This document shows positions 1-7,683 of a stretch of DNA of 24,000 nucleotides, one piece after another. The position numbers were made by a program, and so were the translations under genes. The stretch comes from Burkholderiales bacterium (lineage in GTDB: Bacteria > Pseudomonadota > Gammaproteobacteria > Burkholderiales > JABEVD01), in contig JABEVD010000123.1 of NCBI GenBank assembly GCA_013044025.1, positions 9,075 to 33,074 of the forward strand, given 5' to 3'. Each line of letters starts with the position of its first letter. Position 1 is the stretch's first letter. The notes under the pieces are model-generated. The model searched no databases and was not told the DNA's origin. It saw only the letters and a list, made by a program, of their open reading frames with translations.

Positions 1-460
1 GATAGTCGCTCGCAGCCTCCTCGATCGGCGTGTCGAAATTCTTGCCGATGTTGATGCCGAGGATGCCGTGGTATTTCGCCTTCCTGACGTTTTCGACGAG
101 ATGGTCTACCCCCAGGTTGTTGAATCCCATGCGGTTGATGATGGCGCGCGAATCCTGCAGCCGGAACAGGCGCGGCTTGGGGTTCCCCGGTTGCGGGCGG
201 GGAGTGACCGTGCCGATTTCGAGAAAGCCGAACCCAAGGGAGGCGAGCGCATCGATGTGTGCGCCGTTCTTGTCGAGCCCTGCTGCGAGCCCGACAGGAT
301 TGGGAAATTCGAGTCCCATGACGGCAATCTTCGCGCAGGAAGATTGCGGCGCATGCAGGAGTCCTGCCGCATGCGCGAAGTCGAGCATGCGCAGCGTTGC
401 GCTGTGCGCTTTTTCCGCATCGAGCATGAAGAGGAGGGGGCGGGCCAGGGAATACATCAT
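1..460 (-). CDS. pyrD: dihydroorotate dehydrogenase (quinone, class 2), N-terminal ~153 aa; 3' end runs off the window
   Basis: Hand translation of the minus strand from ATG 460: [153 protein letters not shown]. Colinear with E. coli PyrD ([29 protein letters not shown]). Absent from the ORF track because it has no in-window stop. Its ATG overlaps the bpt stop (ATGA). Confidence 0.9.
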   Translation of the reverse strand, partial: MMYSLARPLLFMLDAEKAHSATLRMLDFAHAAGLLHAPQSSCAKIAVMGLEFPNPVGLAAGLDKNGAHIDALASLGFGFLEIGTVTPRPQPGNPKPRLFRLQDSRAIINRMGFNNLGVDHLVENVRKAKYHGILGINIGKNFDTPIEEAASDY

Positions 461-1176
461 TTGCGGATTTCCAGTGTTTGCCATTTCCCTTCGAAATAGC
501 CTTCGAGGGGAGAGAAGTTGATCTTGTAGGACATTTTCATGCTGCCTTCGATCCAGTAACCGAGATAAAGGTAGGGAAGTCCCAGTTTTCTGCAAAGATC
601 GATCTGCCAGAGAATGTTGAAGGTGCCGAAGCTGGAACCGGGCAGATCGGGTTCGAAAAAAGTGTAGACGGAAGAGAGTCCGTCCGGGATCCTGTCGACG
701 ATGCTCACCATGCGCAGCGCGCCGTTTTCCCTGAATTCGAAGAGCGTCGTGTCGACCTGGCTTTGCAGCAGCGATTTGGCATACTGATCTTCGTCGTCCC
801 GGTCCATCCCGCCTCCCGGATGCCTTGCTTGCTGGTAACGGCAATAAAGCTCGAAATGCTCCGCATCGAAATCCGCGGGCATGCCGCTCGCGAAGAGGTT
901 TTCATGATGCTTCCAGGCTCGCATCTGGGAGCGGTTCGGTGCGAATTTTTCGACCGGAATGCGCACTGCGATGCAGGCATGGCAGAGCCTGCATCCGGGA
1001 CGGTAAACCAGGTAGCCGCTGCGCCGGAAGCCCGTCTGGATCAGTTTTCCGAACAGCTCCGTATCGATCAGGTTGTAGGGAACCGCCACTTCCGAGCGGG
1101 CCGATTCCCCCTCCAGATAGCTGCAGGGATATTCTGAAGTCAGGTAATACTGTGGAAGCCTATTCAAGGAGGTCAT
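457..1176 (-). CDS. bpt: arginyl-tRNA/aspartate-glutamate leucyltransferase (N-end rule, Bpt/Ate family)
   Basis: 239-aa ORF with an Ate/Bpt-type sequence (CSYLEG...FRRSG...YRP.C..C..C...R..V..F...RSQ). It lies directly downstream of aat, the classic N-end-rule pair. Its start overlaps the aat 3' end by 17 nt. Confidence 0.88.
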   Translation of the reverse strand: MTSLNRLPQYYLTSEYPCSYLEGESARSEVAVPYNLIDTELFGKLIQTGFRRSGYLVYRPGCRLCHACIAVRIPVEKFAPNRSQMRAWKHHENLFASGMPADFDAEHFELYCRYQQARHPGGGMDRDDEDQYAKSLLQSQVDTTLFEFRENGALRMVSIVDRIPDGLSSVYTFFEPDLPGSSFGTFNILWQIDLCRKLGLPYLYLGYWIEGSMKMSYKINFSPLEGYFEGKWQTLEIRK

Positions 1177-1861
1177 GATCGAAGCGCCATTTTCCCTTTC
1201 CCGTGTCCCCGTCCGCCAGTTTGTCCAGCAGGGCCGAAAATTGGCTGCGAGGGATTTCCGTGGCGCCGAGAGAAACGAGATGATCCGTTCTCACCTGACA
1301 GTCTATCATGCGAAAGCCCCAGCGGCGGAGCTGGAGGACGAGATGGACGAAAGCGACCTTCGATGCGTCGCTTTGCCTGGAAAACATGGATTCGCCGAAA
1401 AACACGCTGCCCAATGCGATGCCGTAGAGTCCGCCAGCGAGTTCTCCATCCCGCCAGCTTTCGATCGAATGCGCATGGCCCATTTCGTGCAGGATCGAAT
1501 AGGCTTCGATCATTTTTTCGCTGATCCAGGTGCCCGCCGCATCCTTTCTCGGGGCGGCGCAGGCTTGCATCACTTTGCGGAAGGAAGTGTCCACGCGGAT
1601 CTCGAATTCCCTTTTTTTCAGGGTCTTGCGCAGAGATCTGGAAATCTTCAGATCTTCCGGAAACAGCACGAGACGGGGGTCCGGACTCCACCACAGGATC
1701 GGATCTCCCGCATTGAACCAGGGGAAAATGCCCATGCGGTAGGCGGAAAGCAGTCTTTGCGGCGAAAGGTCTCCGCCTGCGGCGAGCAGTCCGTCCGGGT
1801 AGGAGAGGGCCTTCGAAACAGGCGGAAATGGGTCTTGTTTGCCCAGAAACTGGATCTTCAT
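1160..1861 (-). CDS. aat: leucyl/phenylalanyl-tRNA--protein transferase
   Basis: Translation ...LLAAGGDLSPQRLLSAYRMGIFPWFNAGDPILWWSPDPRLVLFP...GGLYGIALGSVFFGESMFS... is typical Aat. I chose ATG at 1861 (MKIQFLGKQDP). The track's 1984 start would add 41 non-conserved residues across the divergent yciB promoter. Confidence 0.88.
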   Translation of the reverse strand: MKIQFLGKQDPFPPVSKALSYPDGLLAAGGDLSPQRLLSAYRMGIFPWFNAGDPILWWSPDPRLVLFPEDLKISRSLRKTLKKREFEIRVDTSFRKVMQACAAPRKDAAGTWISEKMIEAYSILHEMGHAHSIESWRDGELAGGLYGIALGSVFFGESMFSRQSDASKVAFVHLVLQLRRWGFRMIDCQVRTDHLVSLGATEIPRSQFSALLDKLADGDTGKGKWRFDHDLLE

Positions 1862-1927
1862 GGAACTAAATTGAACGGCAAGTTTCAAAGAAACGATTTT
1901 GTTGATTTTACATTTCATTCCATCGGA

Positions 1928-1956
1928 TGGACAGCATCGAGATAAGGCGGCATAAT
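1928..1956 (+). promoter_or_regulatory. candidate sigma70 promoter for yciB operon: -35 TGGACA (1928-1933), 17-bp spacer, -10 CATAAT (1951-1956)
   Basis: Read directly from the sequence in the aat/yciB divergent gap, 27 nt upstream of the yciB ATG. Confidence 0.4.
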
Positions 1957-1982
1957 TCAGTGATCCATATGAGCTGCAATTC

Positions 1983-2540
1983 ATGAAATTTCTATTCGAC
2001 CTGTTCCCGGTGATTCTTTTCTTCGGAACCTATCAGATTTTTCCTTTTTTCGGCCCCAGGGCCGATGCGATGTATTATGCGACCGGGGTCGTGATCGCCG
2101 CGACCTTTTTCCAGATCGTATGGGTGTATTTCAGGCACAGGAAAGTCGATGTCATGCTCTGGCTGAGCTTCGGAATCGTCCTGCTGCTGGGCGGGGCCAC
2201 CCTGTTTCTGCACGACAAGACCTATATCATGTGGAAGCCTTCCATCCTGTACTGGTGCTTTTCCGCAGTGCTTTTCGTGAGCGCAACCTTTTTCGACCGA
2301 AACCTGATCCAGGCCATGATGCAGAAGCAGATGAGTGCGCCCAAACCGATCTGGGACCGCCTCAACCTGAGCTGGATCGTCTTTTTCGCGCTCATGGGCT
2401 GCGCCAATTTATATGTCGCCAGGCATTATTCCGAATCGACCTGGGTCAATTTCAAGATGTTCGGCACCCTGGGCCTGATGCTGGTGTTCGTTCTGGCGCA
2501 AAGCGCGATGCTCTCGAAATACATCGAGGAGAAGGAGTGA
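1983..2540 (+). CDS. yciB: intracellular septation protein A (YciB/IspZ), polytopic inner-membrane protein
   Basis: 185 aa starting [18 protein letters not shown]... with about 5 hydrophobic segments, the typical YciB N-terminus and length. Followed by yciI as in many proteobacteria. Confidence 0.88.
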   Translation: MKFLFDLFPVILFFGTYQIFPFFGPRADAMYYATGVVIAATFFQIVWVYFRHRKVDVMLWLSFGIVLLLGGATLFLHDKTYIMWKPSILYWCFSAVLFVSATFFDRNLIQAMMQKQMSAPKPIWDRLNLSWIVFFALMGCANLYVARHYSESTWVNFKMFGTLGLMLVFVLAQSAMLSKYIEEKE

Positions 2541-2839
2541 TGCTCTACGTCATTCTGGGCGAAGACGTGATGAACAGCCTGCCGCTGCGCAGACAGGCTC
2601 GTCCCGCCCATCTCGCCAGACTGGAAGCGCTGCGGGAAGAAGGCAGGCTGATCCTCGCAGGTCCTTTTCCCTCGATCGATTGCGAGGATCCGGGGGAAGC
2701 CGGTTTTTCCGGAAGTCTCATCGTCGCCGAGTTCGAATCAGAACAAGCGGCCAGGATCTGGGCGGATGCCGATCCCTATGTGGCCGCAGGCGTCTATTCC
2801 CGCGTCACGGTGCGCCCTTTCAGGAAAGTGCTTCCCTGA
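2540..2839 (+). CDS. yciI: YciI-like protein
   Basis: [43 protein letters not shown]...[20 protein letters not shown], about 99 aa. The ATG overlaps the yciB TGA (GTGATG at 2538-2542). The track ORF 2120..2839 is the same frame with a spurious upstream extension. Confidence 0.82.
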   Translation: MLYVILGEDVMNSLPLRRQARPAHLARLEALREEGRLILAGPFPSIDCEDPGEAGFSGSLIVAEFESEQAARIWADADPYVAAGVYSRVTVRPFRKVLP

Positions 2840-3123
2840 TGGCGATCGTCGAAAAAATCACCAATCTTCTGGCCGGGCTGGAAGCGACCCATATCGGGAT
2901 CGAGGACGAAAGCGAACTGCACAGGGGGCATCGCGGCGCATCCGGAGGGGGACATTACCGGATGACAGTCGTATCCGGGAAGTTTCGCGGGGAGCGCCTC
3001 ATGGCTCGACACAGAATGGTGTACGGCATGGTGTCGGAAATGATGAAAAGCGAAATCCACGCGCTTTCTCTCCACGTCTATACTCCTGAAGAATATCAAT
3101 CCAAACAAAACCCATCAACCTAA
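2839..3123 (+). CDS. bolA: BolA family protein
   Basis: [11 protein letters not shown]...IEDESELHRGHRG...HYRMTVVSGKFRGERLMARHRMVYGMV...IHALSLHVYTPEEY aligns by eye with E. coli BolA (DES..H, F.G....RHRM+Y, HAL.LHTYT). The ATG overlaps the yciI TGA (CTGATG). Confidence 0.85.
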   Translation: MAIVEKITNLLAGLEATHIGIEDESELHRGHRGASGGGHYRMTVVSGKFRGERLMARHRMVYGMVSEMMKSEIHALSLHVYTPEEYQSKQNPST

Positions 3124-3135
3124 GAAGGAACGGAA

Positions 3136-3948
3136 ATGCTCAAACTCAAACGATCCACGATCCTGGTCCTGGCGGCTTCCAGTCTGTTCGCCGTTGCGAG
3201 ACATGCAGAGGATTCCAGCGTGCTGACCAAACCGGTTGCCACGGTGAACGGGGTCGGGATTCCGGAATCCCGCTTCGAATTCGTTCTCAAGCAGAACATG
3301 GCGCAGCACGGTCTTTCTGATTCCCCCGATCTGCGCAAGAACATCAAGGAAACGCTGATCAACCAGGAAATCATTTCCCAGGCTGCCGAGAAGAAAGGCG
3401 TCGACAAGTCCGCAGATTTCAAGATCATGATGGATCTGAGCCGCGACCAGAATCTGGTGAACGTCTATCTGCACGACTACCTCACCGCCCATCCTGCAAC
3501 CGATACCGAGCTGAAGCAGGAATACGACCAGATCAAGCAGCACATGGGCACGAAGGAATACAAGATTCGCCATATCCTGGTGAAGAGCGAGGATGAAGCG
3601 AAGAAGATCATTTCCCAGCTCAAGCATGGCGCGAGCTTCTCCAAGCTTGCAGCGGCAGATTCGATCGATCCGGGCTCGAAGAGCAATGGCGGAGAAATCG
3701 ACTGGTCTCCCGCATCGAATTTCGTCCCCGCCTTTGCCGATGCAGTCCAGAAGCTGAAGAAGGGGCAGACGACCAGCGAACCGGTCCAGTCGCCTTTCGG
3801 CTGGCACGTGATCCAGCTCGTCGACGAACGCCCGCTCAAGATTCCAGCCTTCGATCAGGTCAAGCCGCAACTCGAACAGCGCCTGCAGCAGGCCAAGGTT
3901 CGCAAGCTGATCGCCGATCTCCGGGCGGCAGCCAAGGTGGCCGAATAA
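3136..3948 (+). CDS. secreted parvulin-type (PpiC/SurA-like) peptidyl-prolyl cis-trans isomerase
   Basis: 270 aa with an N-terminal signal-like segment (MLKLKRSTILVLAASSLFAVA). The parvulin core is EYKIRHILVKSEDEAKKI...GASFSKLA...S.D.GS...GGEIDW...F..A...L.KGQ.T.EPVQSPFGWHVIQL. GGA-rich RBS at 3125-3131. Confidence 0.85.
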   Translation: MLKLKRSTILVLAASSLFAVARHAEDSSVLTKPVATVNGVGIPESRFEFVLKQNMAQHGLSDSPDLRKNIKETLINQEIISQAAEKKGVDKSADFKIMMDLSRDQNLVNVYLHDYLTAHPATDTELKQEYDQIKQHMGTKEYKIRHILVKSEDEAKKIISQLKHGASFSKLAAADSIDPGSKSNGGEIDWSPASNFVPAFADAVQKLKKGQTTSEPVQSPFGWHVIQLVDERPLKIPAFDQVKPQLEQRLQQAKVRKLIADLRAAAKVAE

Positions 3949-3955
3949 GTTGAAC

Positions 3956-3975
3956 GCCCCTTCGGGGGCTTTTTC
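3956..3975 (+). terminator. rho-independent terminator after the PPIase gene
   Basis: GCCCC (3956-3960), TTCG loop, GGGGC (3965-3969), then TTTTT (3970-3974), starting 8 nt after the stop codon. Confidence 0.7.
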
Positions 3976-4398
3976 ATGAAAGGAAGCGCAATGAAGAAGA
4001 GCATCCTGCTTGCGGCCATGCTTGTCGGGACCGCCCATGCCGCTCCTGGACCGCAAGTGGAGAAGGCGATCGGGGAAGGTGCGAAGCTTTTCTCGCACGA
4101 ATCCTTCGGCGGAAAAAGAACCTGCGATGCCTGCCATCTCAACGGCGGAAAGGGGGCTGGCAAGCTGCCCAACGGCCAGGAAATCCCGAGCCTCGAGAAT
4201 GCCGGCGCGATTTTTCCCAGGTACAACCAGCGCGCGAAAAAGATCTTCACCCTGGAAGATCAGGTCCGATCCTGCATCCACGGCGGCTTGCAGGGGAATC
4301 CTCCTCCTGCCGGGGATGAGAAGGTCATCGATCTTTTGAGCTATGTGACTTCCCTTTCCGAAGGCAAGCCTGTCGAAATGGATGGAAAGCCCCGCTGA
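3976..4398 (+). CDS. periplasmic monoheme c-type cytochrome (possibly starts at ATG 3991)
   Basis: Signal peptide MKKSILLAAMLVGTAHA/AP and a single CxxCH heme motif (CDACH). About 115 aa mature. The segment TLEDQVRSCIHGGLQG...LLSYVTSLS recalls SoxA/TsdA-type cytochrome domains (from memory, low certainty). Confidence 0.75.
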   Translation: MKGSAMKKSILLAAMLVGTAHAAPGPQVEKAIGEGAKLFSHESFGGKRTCDACHLNGGKGAGKLPNGQEIPSLENAGAIFPRYNQRAKKIFTLEDQVRSCIHGGLQGNPPPAGDEKVIDLLSYVTSLSEGKPVEMDGKPR

Positions 4399-4912
4399 AG
4401 AATTTTTCCGGGCGAAGCGGGAAGAAGCGCCTGTCATCGCCCGTTTCGTCAACGAGGCTTACCGGGGAGAGGCGAGCAAAAGGGGATGGACCACGGAAGC
4501 CGACCTTCTGGGTGGACAGAGGACGGATGAAAGGGAAGTCTCCACGCTGATCGCCCCTCCTGCTTCCATCATCCTTTGCCGCAAGGACCGCGAAGGTCTG
4601 CTCGGCACCATCCACATCCTGCTTTGCGCAGGAACCGCACATTTTGGCATGCTCGCGGTTCGGCCTTCCATGCAGGGAAGGGGAATCGGGAAGAGCCTGC
4701 TTCGCGAAGCGGAGAAAATCGCGGCCGACGCGCACGCGATGCGCGCGGAAATGGCCGTCCTCACCTTCCGTCGCGAACTCCTCTCCTTTTATGAAAGGCT
4801 TGGATACGCCCGCACCGGGATCTTCCGTGATTTCCCGGAAGATCCCCGTTTCGGTGTGCCCAAAGTGGCCGGCTTGCGCTTCGAGATCCTGGAAAAGCCT
4901 ATCCGCGCCTGA
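4382..4912 (+). CDS. GNAT family N-acetyltransferase
   Basis: 176 aa. Acetyl-CoA binding motif A is MLAVRPSMQGRGIGKSLLREAE, followed by ...FYERLGY. Overlaps the cytochrome c 3' end by 17 nt. Confidence 0.75.
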   Translation: MESPAEEFFRAKREEAPVIARFVNEAYRGEASKRGWTTEADLLGGQRTDEREVSTLIAPPASIILCRKDREGLLGTIHILLCAGTAHFGMLAVRPSMQGRGIGKSLLREAEKIAADAHAMRAEMAVLTFRRELLSFYERLGYARTGIFRDFPEDPRFGVPKVAGLRFEILEKPIRA

Positions 4913-6941
4913 ACAGGAAGAAAGCGGCCAGAAGCGCGACGACCAAAGCCAGGTATCCGATCCAGGCATGGCTTTTTTCAGCATAAGGATCCGCATTCGA
5001 CCGTTCCGAACCTTCCGGGAGCTTTGCCACCTGGGTGAGCGAAGTGCCGAAAGGAATGTTGATCTTCGCCCTTGCATTGATCGCCCAGCCGTTCGCGTCC
5101 AGGATCGGGCCGAGATTGCGCTGCCTCAGCTTCATCCAGGCAATCAGCACCGAAGGACCCGAGATCACCAGGGCAAGGCAGAGGATCGCGATCGGAATCT
5201 GCCATAGCTTGAGCCCGAGCAGACCGGTGAGGATCGAAGCAAGCGCCGTCCCGATTGCGCCGATGGCCAGCCCGATCGCGGCGAAGATGCCTGCGAATTT
5301 TCCTGCATCGAATTTTTTCGCCTCTTCCGTTCCGGAAGTCAGGATGGCTTTTGCCGCGTTCTCCTGTGCCGTCCGGGTTCGGGAAGCAGCGATTTTCTGG
5401 ATCTGTTCCCCGACCATTTTTCCAACCATCTTGTAAGGCGAGGTGAAGGCCTGGCGCAGGCTGATCGGGTGCTCGATGATGCGCACGATGGTCGCATCCC
5501 AGTCCTGTCCCTTCCTGTCGTAGAAAACGCCGTTTCGCCCCATCATCAACTGGTCGGAATCACCTGCCGTGAATGCGGCGGCGATGGTCATTTTTTCCTT
5601 GCCCCGAACCAGGTCGCAGTACACGAGACAGATCCGGCTCAGGGTGGCGAGGGCGGCATGTTTCGCAATGTCCGGAACGATCACGCAAAGTTCGCAGCTT
5701 CTTCCGTCGAGATAGAGGGTTCCCGCCTGGAAGATCGCCTTGTCGCGGCGCGTGTAAAAGTCACGGAAGGAGACGAAGTTGTTGACGAAGGAGCTAAGAT
5801 GCCGGACATGGCGCAGCAGCTTTTCAGTCGAAGCGATGGCCTTCATTTCTGGCTCCAGCGCGAGATCCATGCCGATCAGTTCCTCGATCCCTGCCCGTTC
5901 GTTGCCCAGGGCGATTTCGCGGATCCTTTCCTCGCCGAGCTTCTCCGGCGGGAGGGAAGGTTTCCGCTTCATCCAGATTTCGAAAGCGGAGAGTTTTTTG
6001 CAGATCTCGATCCAGTCCGGCTCGCTCAGATCATCCCGATGGCCGAGCAGGGGAAGGACTGCGCGTTCCCTGAATCCGCACATGGCATCGGTCCAGAGGG
6101 GATTCAGTCCTGTCGTCAGGGGAAGCGATTTTCCAGCAGCAGCCGTTGCCAGCGGGAAAGCGGCGATCGCCTCGTCTTCCCTGGAGAGATCCCGGGATGC
6201 GAGCATCACGAAATCCTCTTCAGGGCGGTTGATGAGCTTTTCCGCGCGGCTGTCATATCCTGCCAGGCGGCAGCGCCTGAAATAATCCTCGACCTTGTCC
6301 TTCACTTCGTTCCAGGCGGCAGCGGCCTCAAAAGTGTCTGCGCCGAGCGGCAGGATGGTCTCATCCGCTTCGCTCCTCCAGGAAAAGAGGCTGGAGACGT
6401 CGGTAAAGAAGGCTTGTACCGATTCCATGGAGACGCCCGTGCCATAACAATCCGCGATTTCAGATATGAGGCGCTTTTCCGCTTCGGTTCTGCCCGCATC
6501 GACCGGGATCAGGCCGTCTCCGTTGAAGGGATGGGAGGAAAAATTCTCGCGCATGCAAATGCAGTCGGCAAGCGAGATTTCAGCCGCATTCTCCTTGCCT
6601 AGCGACTTCAGGATATGCCTTGCGCTGGCGAGAATGTCGCTTCCTTCGCGGATCGCTGAAAGCGGCAGGGTATCGGTTTCCCGGCCAAGCCATTGCGGAT
6701 CGGCAAGTTCTCCGACAGTCCAGTTCACCGCATCGATGATTTCGCCTGCGCGGATATGACCGTCTCGGTCGGAGTCGAGCAAGGCAAGGGTTTCCTCGTC
6801 GAATTCGATTCCACTGATCGGGCAGCTCAGGGCGACCCAGAGTTTCTGGTCCAGGGCTCCGATCGAGGCGATTTCTGCGCCCGTTTCGAGTCTTGCCTGA
6901 TCGAAGCCGCCAGCCCTGAAAAAACGCCAAGATTCGGTCAT
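4899..6941 (-). CDS. 680-aa protein of unrecognised family: canonical EF-hand Ca-binding loop near the N-terminus, large soluble region, C-terminal 3-helix membrane anchor
   Basis: Long ORF with ordinary amino-acid composition. The 12-residue loop DSDRDGHIRAGE (nt 6741-6776, hand-checked) fits DxDxDGxIxxxE. C-terminal hydrophobic segments are FAGIFAAIGLAIGAIGTALASILTGLLGL, WQIPIAILCLALVISGPSVLIAWM and AWIGYLALVVALLAAFFLF. It lies 9 nt downstream of the GNAT gene on the same strand. Confidence 0.8.
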   Translation of the reverse strand: MTESWRFFRAGGFDQARLETGAEIASIGALDQKLWVALSCPISGIEFDEETLALLDSDRDGHIRAGEIIDAVNWTVGELADPQWLGRETDTLPLSAIREGSDILASARHILKSLGKENAAEISLADCICMRENFSSHPFNGDGLIPVDAGRTEAEKRLISEIADCYGTGVSMESVQAFFTDVSSLFSWRSEADETILPLGADTFEAAAAWNEVKDKVEDYFRRCRLAGYDSRAEKLINRPEEDFVMLASRDLSREDEAIAAFPLATAAAGKSLPLTTGLNPLWTDAMCGFRERAVLPLLGHRDDLSEPDWIEICKKLSAFEIWMKRKPSLPPEKLGEERIREIALGNERAGIEELIGMDLALEPEMKAIASTEKLLRHVRHLSSFVNNFVSFRDFYTRRDKAIFQAGTLYLDGRSCELCVIVPDIAKHAALATLSRICLVYCDLVRGKEKMTIAAAFTAGDSDQLMMGRNGVFYDRKGQDWDATIVRIIEHPISLRQAFTSPYKMVGKMVGEQIQKIAASRTRTAQENAAKAILTSGTEEAKKFDAGKFAGIFAAIGLAIGAIGTALASILTGLLGLKLWQIPIAILCLALVISGPSVLIAWMKLRQRNLGPILDANGWAINARAKINIPFGTSLTQVAKLPEGSERSNADPYAEKSHAWIGYLALVVALLAAFFLFRRG

Positions 6942-6950
6942 CTGATTACC

Positions 6951-7385
6951 TCAGGAAGTGAAGCGGTAGACGTTGGTTTCGCGAACGGAAAATCCGACTC
7001 TTTTGTAAAGACGGTTCGCAGCCTCTCGCGATGGACGCGAGGTGAGGTCGACCGTGATCGCGCCTAAAGCTTTTGCATGATCGATTGCCGCGCGGCATAG
7101 CGCTTCTCCCATTCCTTTTCCCCGCGCAGAAGAATCCACCACGACATCTTCGACCCAGGCCCTGATCCCGGTGGGAATCCTGAAAACGGCCAGAGTGAGG
7201 CTGCCGCAGATCCTGCCATTTTCATCCCGCGAAAGAAAAAGATGGGTAGAGGGCGAAGCGATGATGAGGGAAAGCTGTTCCCGGTCAGGTGCCGGGTTTG
7301 AGGAAGAGAGTTGAGGCATGAGCTGCACGAAGGATGCGCAGATTTCCTCCGTCAGTTCCGTTGCGAGTTCGACCGTGATGGACAT
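6951..7385 (-). CDS. GNAT family N-acetyltransferase
   Basis: 144 aa. Motif A is VVVDSSARGKGMGEALCRAAIDHA, followed by ...ANRLYKRVGF. GGAG lies 7 nt upstream of the ATG. Confidence 0.85.
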   Translation of the reverse strand: MSITVELATELTEEICASFVQLMPQLSSSNPAPDREQLSLIIASPSTHLFLSRDENGRICGSLTLAVFRIPTGIRAWVEDVVVDSSARGKGMGEALCRAAIDHAKALGAITVDLTSRPSREAANRLYKRVGFSVRETNVYRFTS

Positions 7386-7410
7386 GATTTCTCCGTGTTT
7401 TTACGGTTCG

Positions 7411-7438
7411 ATTGTAAGCGCGTCGCGAACAATGTCAA
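7411..7438 (-). promoter_or_regulatory. near-consensus sigma70 promoter for the GNAT/680-aa operon: -35 TTGACA (7438-7433), 16-bp spacer, -10 TACAAT (7416-7411)
   Basis: Minus-strand read: TTGACAttgttcgcgacgcgctTACAATcgaaccgtaaaaacacGGAGaaatcATG. Confidence 0.55.
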
Positions 7439-7454
7439 TCGTCGAAAAAGAGGC

Positions 7455-7483
7455 TTGACATGGAAAAGACTCTTCAAGATAAT
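7455..7483 (+). promoter_or_regulatory. near-consensus sigma70 promoter: -35 TTGACA (7455-7460), 17-bp spacer, -10 GATAAT (7478-7483)
   Basis: Read directly. Back to back with the minus-strand promoter, with 16 bp between the two -35 hexamers. It drives the small-ORF unit. Confidence 0.55.
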
Positions 7484-7559
7484 TAACCACATCGCTGATG
7501 CGGTCTTTTAACCATCACGATGAAATGGTTATCATGAAAAAACTGAACAGGAGGATGAA

Positions 7560-7652
7560 ATGGCAGCATACTGGACATTCGGAATCGCTTGGTTTGCAAT
7601 CGCAGGATCCACCATTCTTTTCACATGCTTCCTTCAGAACAAGAAGGGCTGA
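7560..7652 (+). CDS. candidate 30-aa single-pass hydrophobic peptide (MAAYWTFGIAWFAIAGSTILFTCFLQNKKG)
   Basis: AGGAGG (7549-7554) lies 5 nt before the ATG. The ORF sits between a consensus promoter and a terminator. Hydrophobic core with a basic C-terminus. Not in the ORF track (too short). No family recognised. Confidence 0.45.
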   Translation: MAAYWTFGIAWFAIAGSTILFTCFLQNKKG

Positions 7653-7657
7653 TTTCG

Positions 7658-7683
7658 AAAAAGGCCGCGCAAGCGGCCTTTTT
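7658..7683. terminator. bidirectional rho-independent terminator (AAAAA-GGCCGC-GCAA-GCGGCC-TTTTT)
   Basis: Perfect 6-bp GC stem with a GNRA-type loop, flanked by an A-run and a T-run. It lies between the small ORF (+) and the DUF3050-like gene (-), whose stop abuts it. Confidence 0.7.

Noticed and set aside
1862-1984. Longer N-terminal extensions offered by the track for aat (to 1984), mlaA (from 13909), phoH2 (to 18615), the hydrolase (from 19166), the ATPase (from 14759), yciI (from 2120) and bolA (from 2680).
   Set aside because: The extensions add non-conserved residues, cover promoters or neighbouring genes, or destroy the lipoprotein signal peptide in the case of mlaA. Internal starts give canonical family N-termini and sensible RBS or overlap coupling.
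3115-4452. 445-aa minus-strand ORF antisense to the PPIase, cytochrome c and GNAT genes.
   Set aside because: It crosses three independent plus-strand genes and the 3956-3975 terminator hairpin. The composition is shadow-frame-like and there is no motif or RBS.
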